A DNA stretch of 40,076 bases, from assembly GCA_946965045.2 (NCBI GenBank), contig OX337243.1, forward strand, positions 1-40,076. The letters run 5' to 3'. How positions within the stretch are numbered: the first letter of the stretch is position 1; each line of letters starts with the position of its first letter. This document shows positions 21,183 through 31,753 of the stretch, piece after piece. This DNA is from Epithemia pelagica. Its lineage: Eukaryota; Protista; Bacillariophyta. The translations under genes and the position numbers were made by a program. The notes beneath the pieces are model-generated. The model ran no database searches and had not been told where the DNA came from. It was given only the letters and a program-made list of their open reading frames with translations.

Positions 21183-23159
21183 ATGTGTTTATTAATATTA
21201 ATATTACCATTAATTAGTTCCTTATTTGTTGGTTTATTTGGCAAATATTTAGGCTTTTTAGGCTCTACAAAATTAGCTATTTTTTGTTTACTGACGTGTT
21301 TATTATTAGTAGTAAATATTTATTTCGAAATTATATTATATAAGGCTCCTATATTTATTGATTTATTTTATTGGATCGATTCCGAATTTTTAAATATTTA
21401 TTGGTGTTTTGTTTTTGATAGTTTAACAATTACAATGTGTTTTATTATTGTATTTATTTCATTTTTAGTTCATTTTTATTCGATTGAATATATGGGCCAT
21501 GATCCTTTTTTATCAAAATTTATTGCATATTTATCATTATTTACATTTTTTATGTTATTATTAATTACAAGTAATGATTTAATTCAAATGTTTATTGGAT
21601 GGGAAGGTGTTGGTTTATGTTCATATTTATTAATTAATTTTTGGTTTATTCGAATTCAAGCTAATAAAGCAGCTATAAAAGCCATGCTTATAAATCGGAT
21701 AGGTGATTTTGGATTATTAGGGGCCATTTTATTTATTTTTATAACTTTTAAAACATTAAATTATGATGCTTTAAGTTTACTTATTTGTTTATTTAAGACA
21801 AATAAACAAATAATATTTGATATACATATTTTTAATATTATTTGTTTGTTATTATTTATTGGTGCTGTAGGTAAATCAGCACAATTAGGGCTGCATACTT
21901 GGCTGCCGGATGCTATGGAAGGACCAACCCCAGTTTCAGCTTTAATTCACGCAGCTACTATGGTAACCGCTGGAGTTTTTTTATTAATTCGTTTATCATT
22001 TTTATTTGAAAATACAAATAAAATATTAAATTTAATTGTAATAGTTGGCATTTTAACTTCATCGATAAGCGCATTAGTTGGTTTGACACAAAATGATACA
22101 AAAAAAATAATAGCCTATTCCACTTGTAGTCAATTAGGTTATATGATATTTACAAATGGCTTAAGTGATTATTTCATTAGTTTATTTCATTTAACAAATC
22201 ATGCATTTTTCAAAGCACTTTTGTTTTTGAGCTCTGGATCAACTATTCATTCAATTAATGATGAACAGGATATTCGGAAAATGGGAGGACTTAAAATTCA
22301 ATTACCATTTACTTATAAAAGTACGCTTATTGGCTCGTTAGCATTAATAGGATTCCCTTATTTAACAGGTTTTTACTCTAAGGATTTTATTTTAGAGTGT
22401 ACCTTTGCAAAATACAATTTATTAGGTACTTATAGTTTTGTAATAGGTAGTATTGGTGCTTTTATCACCGCGTATTATTCATTTCGAGCAATTTTTTTAG
22501 TTTTTTTATCAAAGCCGAACGGTTTTAAAAATATTTTAGGCTATGCTATTGAGTCAAATTTTAATATAAAATTTGTTTTAAGTATTTTAATTATACCAAG
22601 TATAATTATTGGCTATTATAGTAAGGACTTGATAACTGGTTTTGGTAATAATTTTTTTAACAATACAATATTTATTAATTTAAAGTTATTTAATATTTTT
22701 GATGCAGAATTCATTTTAATTTCACATAAAGTAGCACCAACATGTTTAAGTTTATTAGGAGCTTTTTTAGCGTTTTACTTATATTTTAATTATACTAAAG
22801 TATTAGTTCAAGTAAAATTAATTCCAACTAATTTAAAAATATACAATTTTTTAAATCGAAAATGGTATTATGATAAAATATACAACGACATATTAGGACA
22901 ATGGTTTTTTAAATTTGGTTATTCAATAAGTTATAAATTTATTGATAAAGGAATTTTTGAACTACTGGGGCCTAATGGAATTTCATTTAATGCTTTACAG
23001 TTGAGTAACGTTTATAATAATATACAATTAAATTATTTTAATAGTTTATTGTGGAGTAAATTAATCGGCTTTATATTTATACTGTATCAAATAGTACATA
23101 TTACTAATATTAATATTAATTTATTATTTATAAACATATTAATACTACTATTTTTATAA
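21183..23159 (+). CDS. nad5: NADH dehydrogenase subunit 5
   Basis: GWEGVG, GKSAQLGLHTWLPDAMEGPTPVSALIHAATMV and HAFFKALLF motifs. Confidence 0.99.
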   Translation: MCLLILILPLISSLFVGLFGKYLGFLGSTKLAIFCLLTCLLLVVNIYFEIILYKAPIFIDLFYWIDSEFLNIYWCFVFDSLTITMCFIIVFISFLVHFYSIEYMGHDPFLSKFIAYLSLFTFFMLLLITSNDLIQMFIGWEGVGLCSYLLINFWFIRIQANKAAIKAMLINRIGDFGLLGAILFIFITFKTLNYDALSLLICLFKTNKQIIFDIHIFNIICLLLFIGAVGKSAQLGLHTWLPDAMEGPTPVSALIHAATMVTAGVFLLIRLSFLFENTNKILNLIVIVGILTSSISALVGLTQNDTKKIIAYSTCSQLGYMIFTNGLSDYFISLFHLTNHAFFKALLFLSSGSTIHSINDEQDIRKMGGLKIQLPFTYKSTLIGSLALIGFPYLTGFYSKDFILECTFAKYNLLGTYSFVIGSIGAFITAYYSFRAIFLVFLSKPNGFKNILGYAIESNFNIKFVLSILIIPSIIIGYYSKDLITGFGNNFFNNTIFINLKLFNIFDAEFILISHKVAPTCLSLLGAFLAFYLYFNYTKVLVQVKLIPTNLKIYNFLNRKWYYDKIYNDILGQWFFKFGYSISYKFIDKGIFELLGPNGISFNALQLSNVYNNIQLNYFNSLLWSKLIGFIFILYQIVHITNININLLFINILILLFL

Positions 23160-23166
23160 ATAACTT

Positions 23167-23240
23167 GATGAATTTAATTTAATTGGTTAAAATAATAAAT
23201 TGTGGTTTTATTTTTATAGGTTCAAGTCCTATAATTCATC
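23167..23240 (+). tRNA. trnH: tRNA-His(GUG) with encoded G-1:C73
   Basis: G-ATGAATT/AATTCAT-C, arm ATAAA-TTGTGGT-TTTAT. Confidence 0.92.
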
Positions 23241-23249
23241 ATTTTATAT

Positions 23250-26075
23250 TAAATAAAATTATTTCTAAAATGCATCAAATAATAACCTTTATATTAAAAC
23301 ATAATATCGACGTATAAAAACGAAATATATTTATAACAAACATAATCAAGTTAAATTTAAATATTATCGACCATTAAAAAATAACTTATTTTATATTTAA
23401 GTTTTTTATAAATAAAATAAAAATAAATTTAGTGAACCGAAACATCCTAGTAACTAAAATAATTAAAATCAAGCGAGAGTTTATTATTAGTTGTGAACAA
23501 AAATAAACAAAATACTAATTTACTTTTATTTATTTTAATTTTAAGCTAAAAAAGGATAGCCCTGTAAAAATATAAAAATTAAATTAAAAACATAACAATA
23601 ATTTATTGTATTGTTAAAATAAGGAACTAACCTTACAATTTAAAGTTTTAATATTATATAGCATATTTAGTACTGTAAAGGAAATTTGGTGAATAGCTTT
23701 TTCGAAATTGTAACAATTAAAATTTGATGTAAATAAATTTTTATAGTTTAATTTTAAAAACAATAAAGTACCTTTTGAATAATGGATTAATAAGTTTATT
23801 TTAAAAGCAAGCTTGAATTAAATATTATATACAAAAGCTAAAAAAAATTAAGTTTTAAAAAGCAAAGCATATTTAAGTTTTTAAAATAATTACCCGAAAC
23901 CGAGTGATTTAACCATAAACAGACTAAAAATTAATTTTTAAATTATTGGAAGGTCGAACCCGTACATGTGGCAAAATGTTGGGATGATTTATGGTTAGTG
24001 GTGAAATGCTAATCAAACTCGGAAATAGCTGGTTTTTTGCGAAATATATTTTAGTATAGCATTAAAAAAATTATGTTAAAGGTAACGCTATTAATAAACA
24101 ACGGAAATTAATATTTTACGAAGTTTATTTAAACTGTGAATTTTAACCAAAATTTTTTAATAGTCAAACATTGAATGCTAAGGTTCAAATTTGTTTAAAG
24201 GGAAACAGCCCATATTAATAGTTAAGGTTTTCAAAAGTAATTTATTAAAAAATAATCAAAAATTAAAAAATTTTGTATGTATGCTTGGAACCAGCGATCA
24301 TTTAAAGAGTACGTAAATGTTCACTAAATTAAATTTTGAATATTTATAATTAATAAAATTTAAATTATTTAATACCGAAACTTTAAATTTAATATATTAC
24401 TTAATTATAAATAATATTAAATGGTAGCAAAACGTCCTGTTAAGTAATAGTTGGAATTTTTTTTATAGTAATATAAATTTTTATCAGGATTGATAATATT
24501 AATATTAGTAATTTTAAATAATAAATAAAAATCATTATCATTTATTAGTTCACAGGTTCCAAAAAATTAATTTTTGGTTGTAAATCGGACCCTAAAAAAA
24601 TAACGACAGTTTTATTTTTAATGGGTAAATATTAGTTAAATTCATTATTATTAAATTAATGACAATATTTAAACTAATAATATATTTACTGGTTTATAAT
24701 AAAATATTAATAAAAATATTCAGGAAAAAATTAATTTTATAAAGCTTTGCTTTATAACCGTACATGACCGACACTGGTGAATTTATTTAGTATATAAAAA
24801 TGTTTATAAAAATTATATTAAAGGAACTCGGCAAAAAAGCCTTATAACTTTGGTTAAAAGGTCAATAAATAATAAATAAATTAAAGTATTTATTATAATT
24901 TATAAAAACAAAAACAGCGCCTGTTTAACAAAAACTTAGGTCCTTGCGAATTTGTAAAAACTAGTATAAGGACTGATGCCTGCCCAGTGCGAATCAGATC
25001 AAAGAGTACTAACATTATTTTGTTAATATTTCAAACTATCGTAAACGGCAGCTGTAATTTTGACAGTTCAAAGGTAGCGAAATTCCTTGGCATTTTATTG
25101 GTGTCCTGCATGAATGGCATAACGACTGTTTAACTGTCTTTAATATAAATATAATGAACTTATAATTTTTGTGCAAATACAAAACAATTATGAAAAGACG
25201 GAAAGACCCCATGAACCTTTACTATAATTAAATACTGTTAATAAAAATTTTGTATAAAGGATAGGTGGTTTTGTTATTATTAATTTGTTAATTTATTGAT
25301 GCTTATTTTATCAACATTAATAAGCACTAATAATTATAATTGGTATTAAATTTTTATTATTGTACAATAAAATATTTTTAACTAGTATGGAATACCACTT
25401 ATGAAATTTTATTTTAACTAATTTTTAACAAATTATATAAAAAATATTTATTTAATTGGTAGTTTGACTGGGGCGGTGGCCTCCTAAAATGTAACGGGGG
25501 TGTATAAAATTAATTTCACACAAAAATATAATAGTTAATATAAATTAATTGACTGTAAAATTAACCAATTAAACAGGGATTTTAATTAATCGATTATAAT
25601 GATCCAATCATTCAAAATGGTATGCTGATTGCTTAACGAATAAAAGGTACTCTGGGGATAACAGGTTAATAATTTTTGCGAGCTCCTTATCAACAAAATT
25701 GCTTAATACCTCGATGTTGGATTATCCCATCCTGGAAATGCATTTGTTTCCAAGGGTTTGACTGTTCGTCAATTAAAGGGGTACATGATCTGAGTTCAAA
25801 ACGTCGTAAGACAGTTTGGTCCTTATCTTTCACAATTGATAAAAAAATTAAGAGGCTTAAATTTTAGTACGAAAGGACCAAATTCAATAAGTAAATGATG
25901 ATTCAGCTATATTACCAAATGTAATCGCTGATTAGTTAAACTTATAAAAAATAACCATAAAAATATGTGGGAAATTTTCCTTTAATTATAATTTTTTAGT
26001 ATAAATAATAAACTATTATTTTAATAGGTTTAAAGTTTAATAAATTAAAATGCTTTAAAAAACTAACAATATAAT
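23250..26075 (+). rRNA. rnl: large subunit rRNA (ends approximate), no intron seen
   Basis: Motifs GAACCGAAACATC, CCCGAAACCGAGTGA, GGAACTCGGCAA, GGTAGCGAAATTCCTTG, GGGGATAACAGG, CCTCGATGTTGG, AGTACGAAAGGACC. Confidence 0.98.
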
Positions 26076-27950
26076 AAATCAATTTTGCATAATTTTTTGG
26101 TCATTTGGTTGAAAAGATATAATTTTAATAAATAATTTTGAACCACAAATTTGAAAATTTTATTTAAAAATTGAAAATTTGTAGTTCAAAATTCGGTATA
26201 TAATAAGGCTTAAATTGGTATCAAAGTCACAAAAAATCACAAATCATAGGTAGTAACCTATGATTTTAGTTATCTGTTTTGGTTGTCTGTTTTTTATTTT
26301 TAAAAATAGTATAAAAAATCAATGATTTTAATAATTAATAATTGATTTTGATTATCATTTTATTTCATTTTATTAAAATAAAATCAATTTTGCATAATTA
26401 GTTGGTCATTTGGTTGAAAAGGTATAATTTTAATAAATAATTTTGAACCACAAATTTGAAAATTTTATTTAAAAATTGAAAATTTGTGGTTCAAAATTCG
26501 GTATATAATAAGGCTTAAATTAGTATCAAAATCACAAAAAATCATAAATCGTAGGTAGTAACCTATGATTTTATTTATCTGTTTTGGTTATCCGATTTTT
26601 ATTTTTAAAAATAGTATAAAAAATCAATGATTTTAATAATTAATAATTAATTTTGATTATCATTTTATTTCATTTTATTAAAATAAAATCAATTTTGCAT
26701 AATTAGTTGGTCATTTGGTTGAAAAGATATAATTTTAATAAATAATTTTGAACCACAAATTTAAAAATTTTGCCAAAAAATTGAAAATTTGTGGTTCAAA
26801 ATTCGGTATATAATAAGGCTTAAATTGGTATCAAAATCACAAAAAATCACAAATCATAGGTAGTAACCTATGATTTTATTTATCTGTTTTGGTTGTCTGT
26901 TTTTTATTTTTAAAAATAGTATAAAAAATCAATGATTTTAATAATTAATAATTGATTTTGATTATCATTTTATTTCATTTTATTTCATTTTATTAAAATA
27001 AAATCAATTTTGCATAATTAGTTGGTCATTTGGTTGAAAAGGTATAATTTTAATAAATAATTTTGAACCACAAATTTGAAAATTTTATTTAAAAATTGAA
27101 GATTTGTGGTTCAAAATTCGGTATATAATAAGGCTTAAATTAGTATCAAAATCACAAAAAATCATAAATCGTAGGTAGTAACCTATGATTTTATTTATCT
27201 GTTTTGGTTATCCGTTTTTTATTTTTAAAAATAGTATAAAAAATCAATGATTTTAATAATTAATAATTAATTTTGATTATCATTTTATTTCATTTTATTA
27301 AAATAAAATCAATTTTGCATAATTAGTTGGTCATTTGGTTGAAAAGATATAATTTTAATAAATAATTTTGAACCACAAATTTAAAAATTTTGCCAAAAAA
27401 TTGAAAATTTGTGGTTCAAAATTCGGTATATAATAAGGCTTAAATTGGTATCAAAATCACAAAAAATCACAAATCATAGGTAGTAACCTATGATTTTATT
27501 TATCTGTTTTGGTTGTCTGTTTTTTATTTTTAGAAATAGTATAAAAAATCAATGATTTTAATAATTAATAATTGATTTTGATTATCATTTTATTTCATTT
27601 TATTTCATTTTATTAAAATAAAATCAATTTTGCATAATTAGTTGGTCATTTGGTTGAAAAGGTATAATTTTAATAAATAATTTTGAACCACAAATTTGAA
27701 AATTTTATTTAAAAATTGAAAATTTGTGGTTCAAAATTCGGTATATAATAAGGCTTAAATTGGTATCAAAATCACAAAAAATCATAAATCATAGGTAGTA
27801 ACCTATGATTTTATTTATCTGTTTTGGTTGTCTGTTTTTTATTTCTAAAAATAGTATAAAAAATCAATGATTTTAATAATTAATAATTAATTTTGATTAT
27901 CATTTTATTTCATTTTATTAAAATGAAAATAATTTTACATAATTATTTGG
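26076..27950. repeat. repeat locus 3: tandem array of 6 copies of the ~305-bp unit
   Basis: Marker at 26207, 26512, 26817, 27132, 27437, 27752. Confidence 0.98.
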
Positions 27951-28058
27951 TTGAATTGGAAAATATAAAAAAAATAAACATAAATAAACAACGTATAAGT
28001 AATTAGTTTATTTTAATAACTAATTACTTGAGATAAACAAGCCAACTTAGAAAAAGCT

Positions 28059-28248
28059 CAGGGGCGGTAGCAAATTAAATCCGCCTGGCATGCAAATGTC
28101 ACGATTATACAAACCTTTGAACAGCAACTTCAGCTGGGTTGTCTGTTCAAAAACTGGTATATAGTCACTACCCGCGTGATAATCGTAGGAGGAGGAGCCG
28201 TACGGATTTTTGGTTTTTGGGATAAACTCAAATTTCCTTCGGAAATTT
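28059..28248. other. GC-rich non-coding island with nested inverted repeats
   Basis: About 46% GC over 28061-28210 by hand count. Stems GGCGG/CCGCC, TTTGAACAG/CTGTTCAAA, ACGATTAT/ATAATCGT and AAATTTCC-TTC-GGAAATTT. Confidence 0.7.
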
Positions 28249-28305
28249 CCAATTTCCGCTTTTTTTTTTTTTTCTCCAATTTCTTTTTTGAAAAAAAAAA
28301 TTTTT

Positions 28306-28437
28306 GGGGGGGTCTAAAAAAAAAAAACACGATTTTTTTTTTTCAAAATTTTTTTTAAAAAAAAAAATCTCTGATTTTTTTTTTTTAAAAAAAATTTTGA
28401 AAAAAAAAAAATCGTGTTTTTTTTTTTAGACCCCCCC
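28306..28437. repeat. 132-nt palindrome 1 (G7...TCT loop...C7)
   Basis: Arms 28306-28369 and 28373-28437 are complementary except three +/-1 homopolymer differences. Confidence 0.97.
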
Positions 28438-28445
28438 TAATAATT

Positions 28446-28577
28446 GGGGGGGTATTTTTTTTTTATCACGATTTTTTTTTTTAAAAATTTTTTTTAAAAA
28501 ATGAAAACCTCTGGTTTTCATTTTTTAAAAAAAATTTTTAAAAAAAAAAAATCGTGATAAAAAAAAAATACCCCCCC
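28446..28577. repeat. 132-nt palindrome 2 (G7...TCT loop...C7)
   Basis: Arms 28446-28509 and 28513-28577 are complementary except one +/-1 homopolymer difference. Confidence 0.97.
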
Positions 28578-28581
28578 TATA

Positions 28582-28640
28582 GGGGGTGGGTGGCGGGGGG
28601 TGGGTGGCGGGGGGTGGGTGGCGGGGGGTGGGTGGCGGGG
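28582..28640 (+). repeat. 4 x 14-nt GGGGGGTGGGTGGC tandem repeat, G-quadruplex-competent
   Basis: Units at 28582 (13 nt), 28595, 28609, 28623, then GGGG; nine runs of 3 or more G. Confidence 0.95.
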
Positions 28641-28729
28641 TTAGTAACCAATTCATTCCTTACTAAAGCTATTTAGTTGAAATAGTATTACTTGAACAAA
28701 TTACTTTTAAAAATAATTGAAAGACACTG

Positions 28730-28970
28730 TTTAAAATTCGGTATATAATAAAGTTTAAATTTATACCAAAATTAAAAAAATTGAAAATGGCAAAGAGTTA
28801 TAACCTATAATTAATAAGTGATTTTAATTATCGTTTTGTTTCGTTTTATTAAACTAGTATCAAAATCACAAAAAATCATAAATCATAGGCAATAACCTAT
28901 GATTTTATTTATCTGTTTTGGTTATCCGTTTTTTATTTTTAAAAATAGTATAAGAAATCAATGATTTTGA
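28730..28970. repeat. repeat locus 4: degenerate, rearranged copy of the unit
   Basis: AAAATTCGGTATATAATAA, TAGTATCAAAATCACAAAAAATCATAAATCATAGG..AACCTATGATTTT and GGTTATCCG blocks. Confidence 0.9.
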
Positions 28971-29002
28971 TCTTAGGGTTATCTAAAGTGTACATATAAT
29001 TT

Positions 29003-29545
29003 ATGTTAATTTTTTTCGATATTCCAATTATTAAAATTCAGTATTTTTTTTCGGTAAAGTATAGTATTTTTTTAAACTCTAAAATTTTAATTAATATTTT
29101 GACTATTTTAAAATATCATTTTAAATATTATTTTAAATTATTAACATGTATATCAGGAGTCGATTATCCTGAAAATAAAAATCGATTTGTTATTATTTAT
29201 GAAATTTTATCTTTAAAATTTAATAATAGGTTACGTATTAAAGTTATTGTTAATGAAATTATAGCGATTTTTTCAATTAGCAAATTATTTATTTGTTCAA
29301 TTTGGTGGGAAAATGAAATATGGGATATGTTTGGTATTATTTTTTTAAAACGTAAAAATTTGGTACGTTTATTAACTGATTATGGTTTTCATGGTTTCCC
29401 ATTACGAAAGGATTTTCCTTTAACAGGCTTTATTGATGCTAAATATAATTTAACTAAAAATCGAATACTGTATGAAAAAATTGAATTAACTCAACATTAT
29501 CGTATTTTTAATTTTCACTCACCATGGAATAATGTGTATTTTTAA
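29003..29545 (+). CDS. nad9: NADH dehydrogenase subunit 9
   Basis: ISGVDYP, WWENEIWDMFG and LLTDYGFHGFPLRKDFPLTG motifs. Confidence 0.97.
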   Translation: MLIFFDIPIIKIQYFFSVKYSIFLNSKILINILTILKYHFKYYFKLLTCISGVDYPENKNRFVIIYEILSLKFNNRLRIKVIVNEIIAIFSISKLFICSIWWENEIWDMFGIIFLKRKNLVRLLTDYGFHGFPLRKDFPLTGFIDAKYNLTKNRILYEKIELTQHYRIFNFHSPWNNVYF

Positions 29546-29601
29546 CTATTTGGTCATTATATTTATATGATATACTATAGGTTCAAATCCTATAAAATAC
29601 A
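29536..29601 (+). pseudogene. degenerate tRNA-like sequence
   Basis: Acceptor GTATTTT/AAAATAC+A and T arm ATAGG-TTCAAAT-CCTAT are intact. D arm does not pair; anticodon arm reduced to TATAT-TTATATG-ATATA. Confidence 0.55.
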
Positions 29602-29610
29602 ATATTTTTT

Positions 29611-31080
29611 ATGGTTTTAAATTATATTTTGCTATTTATTATTTTACTCCCAATTATTGGGATAATTTTAATTTTATTTTCATCATTAAAACAAAAACTA
29701 TTCATTAAATTAATAGCTTTAAATATTTCAAGTTTAATTTTTTTAAATTTTGTTTATTTACTACTTTTTTTTGACAAATCAAGTGTTAAGTTTCAATTTA
29801 TTTGTAAATTGAAATTAATTTTATTATTTAATTTAAATTTTTTGCTCGGAATTGATGGTATATCGTTAATTTTTTTATTATTAACAACTTTATTGTTTCC
29901 AGTTTGTTTAATATTAAGCTGGAAAAGCATTCAATTTTTTTTTAAAGAATATTATATCATTTTTCTTTTTTTGGAATTTTGTTTATTAAACGTATTTTGT
30001 TGTTTGGATATTTTGTTTTTTTATATATTTTTTGAAATTATTTTAATTCCAATGTTTTTAATCATTGGTATTTGGGGTTCACGAAATCGTAAAATTTTAG
30101 CTAATTATTATTTTTTTTTATATACACTTTTTGGGTCAATTGTTATGCTAATTAGCATTATTTATATCCTTGACCAAATTGGTACCACTGATTACCAGTT
30201 ACTTTTGACTTTTTCATTTATATATAATGAACAAAAATTATTATGGTTTAGTTTTTTTTTATCATTTGCTAGCAAAGTACCAATGATTCCATTTCATTTA
30301 TGGTTACCAGAAGCCCATGTTGAAGCCCCAACCATTGGTTCTGTTATTTTAGCTGGTATTTTGTTAAAATTAGGAACTTTTGGTTTTATTCGATTTTCAA
30401 TACCAATTTTTCCTTATGGTTCATTTTATTTTACACCATTAGTTTATACTTTAGTTATTATGGGAGTAATATTTGGTTCCTTTACTGCAGTTCGACAGTC
30501 TGATTTAAAAAGGGTTATTGCTTATACATCAATTGCTCACATGAATTTGGTATTACTAGGCCTTTTTAGTTACAATACTATTGGTATGGAGGGCGCAATA
30601 TTTCAAAGTATAAATCATGGCTTCGTATCATCCGCTTTATTTTCAATTATTGGAGTTATTTATGATCGCTATAAAACTCGTATTATACAATATTATAGTG
30701 GTTTAGCTTTAGTTATGCCATTATTCACTTTATGTTTTTTATTTTTTAGTTTAGCTAATACGGGCTTTCCAGGAACAGGTAATTTTATTGGGGAATTATT
30801 AATTTTTATTGGATCATTTAAAATCAATATATTTTTAACTTTGTTAAGTGCTACCGGCTTAATTATTAGTGCAACTTACAGTTTATGGCTATTCAATCGT
30901 TTAGTATTTGGAAATTTAAAGTTACAATATACTAAACAATTTTTTGATATAAATTTCAGAGAGTTTTGTATTTTTATACCATTATTAATAGGTTCAATTA
31001 TTTCCGGCATATATAGTAATTTTTTATTGACACTCATACATTTTAATATTAATTTCTTAATTGAATTAATATATATCTAA
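29611..31080 (+). CDS. nad4: NADH dehydrogenase subunit 4
   Basis: GIDGISL, HLWLPEAHVEAP and DLKRVIAYTSIAHM motifs. Confidence 0.99.
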   Translation: MVLNYILLFIILLPIIGIILILFSSLKQKLFIKLIALNISSLIFLNFVYLLLFFDKSSVKFQFICKLKLILLFNLNFLLGIDGISLIFLLLTTLLFPVCLILSWKSIQFFFKEYYIIFLFLEFCLLNVFCCLDILFFYIFFEIILIPMFLIIGIWGSRNRKILANYYFFLYTLFGSIVMLISIIYILDQIGTTDYQLLLTFSFIYNEQKLLWFSFFLSFASKVPMIPFHLWLPEAHVEAPTIGSVILAGILLKLGTFGFIRFSIPIFPYGSFYFTPLVYTLVIMGVIFGSFTAVRQSDLKRVIAYTSIAHMNLVLLGLFSYNTIGMEGAIFQSINHGFVSSALFSIIGVIYDRYKTRIIQYYSGLALVMPLFTLCFLFFSLANTGFPGTGNFIGELLIFIGSFKINIFLTLLSATGLIISATYSLWLFNRLVFGNLKLQYTKQFFDINFREFCIFIPLLIGSIISGIYSNFLLTLIHFNINFLIELIYI

Positions 31081-31135
31081 TATTTAAAGCTTTTAATATT
31101 AAAAAATTAATCTATTTTTATTAAAATATAAAATT

Positions 31136-31738
31136 ATGTTCAATAATAATATATTTTTACTTATCATTTACTTATTTTTAGTTATTAGTTTAATGTTTGT
31201 TGTTTTAATATATAATCCAATAATTAGCTTATTGTTTTTAATTTTAAGTTTTATATTTGTTTCAATTTTAGTGCTTTTTTTTAATTGTGAATTGTTAGGA
31301 TTTTTTTTTTTAATTGTTTATGTTGGAGCTATTGCTGTACTTTTTTTGTTTGCTATTATGTCAATTGATATAAAATTTTCAAGTATGTCGAAAATTTTAA
31401 TTAGTAACTTTATTTTATTATATTTACTAATTTTTATGGCATTAATTTTGAATTTATTGATTAAAAAAACAAATTTTTTTCTATTATTTAACTCATCAAA
31501 TTTTATGATACCAATATATTTTATAAATTGGAAACATATATTATTTTTTTCTGCTGATATAAATTCATATAATTTAATATTATATACTTACTTTGTTTTA
31601 CAATTTTTAGTTACAGGTTTTATTTTATTATTAATTTTAGTCGGCATTGTTTTTATGGTTAATAGTTATTTGAATGAAAATTTTCGATACCAAAATAATT
31701 TTAAACAGATTAGTATTAACTCAGCTTTTTTTTTATAA
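31136..31738 (+). CDS. nad6: NADH dehydrogenase subunit 6
   Basis: NPIISLLFLI and LIVYVGAIAVLFLF motifs. Confidence 0.96.
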   Translation: MFNNNIFLLIIYLFLVISLMFVVLIYNPIISLLFLILSFIFVSILVLFFNCELLGFFFLIVYVGAIAVLFLFAIMSIDIKFSSMSKILISNFILLYLLIFMALILNLLIKKTNFFLLFNSSNFMIPIYFINWKHILFFSADINSYNLILYTYFVLQFLVTGFILLLILVGIVFMVNSYLNENFRYQNNFKQISINSAFFL

Positions 31739-31753
31739 ACTTAAAAATTAAAA

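Noticed and set aside
28195-28205. Group II intron domain V (GAGCCGTACGG)
   Set aside because: Only the first few bases match. The ~34-nt DV hairpin, domain VI and any host exon or RT frame are absent.
28130-28358. ORFs 28130-28330 (-) and 28176-28358 (+)
   Set aside because: Low-complexity translations of homopolymer palindromes (poly-F/K) with no recognisable motif.
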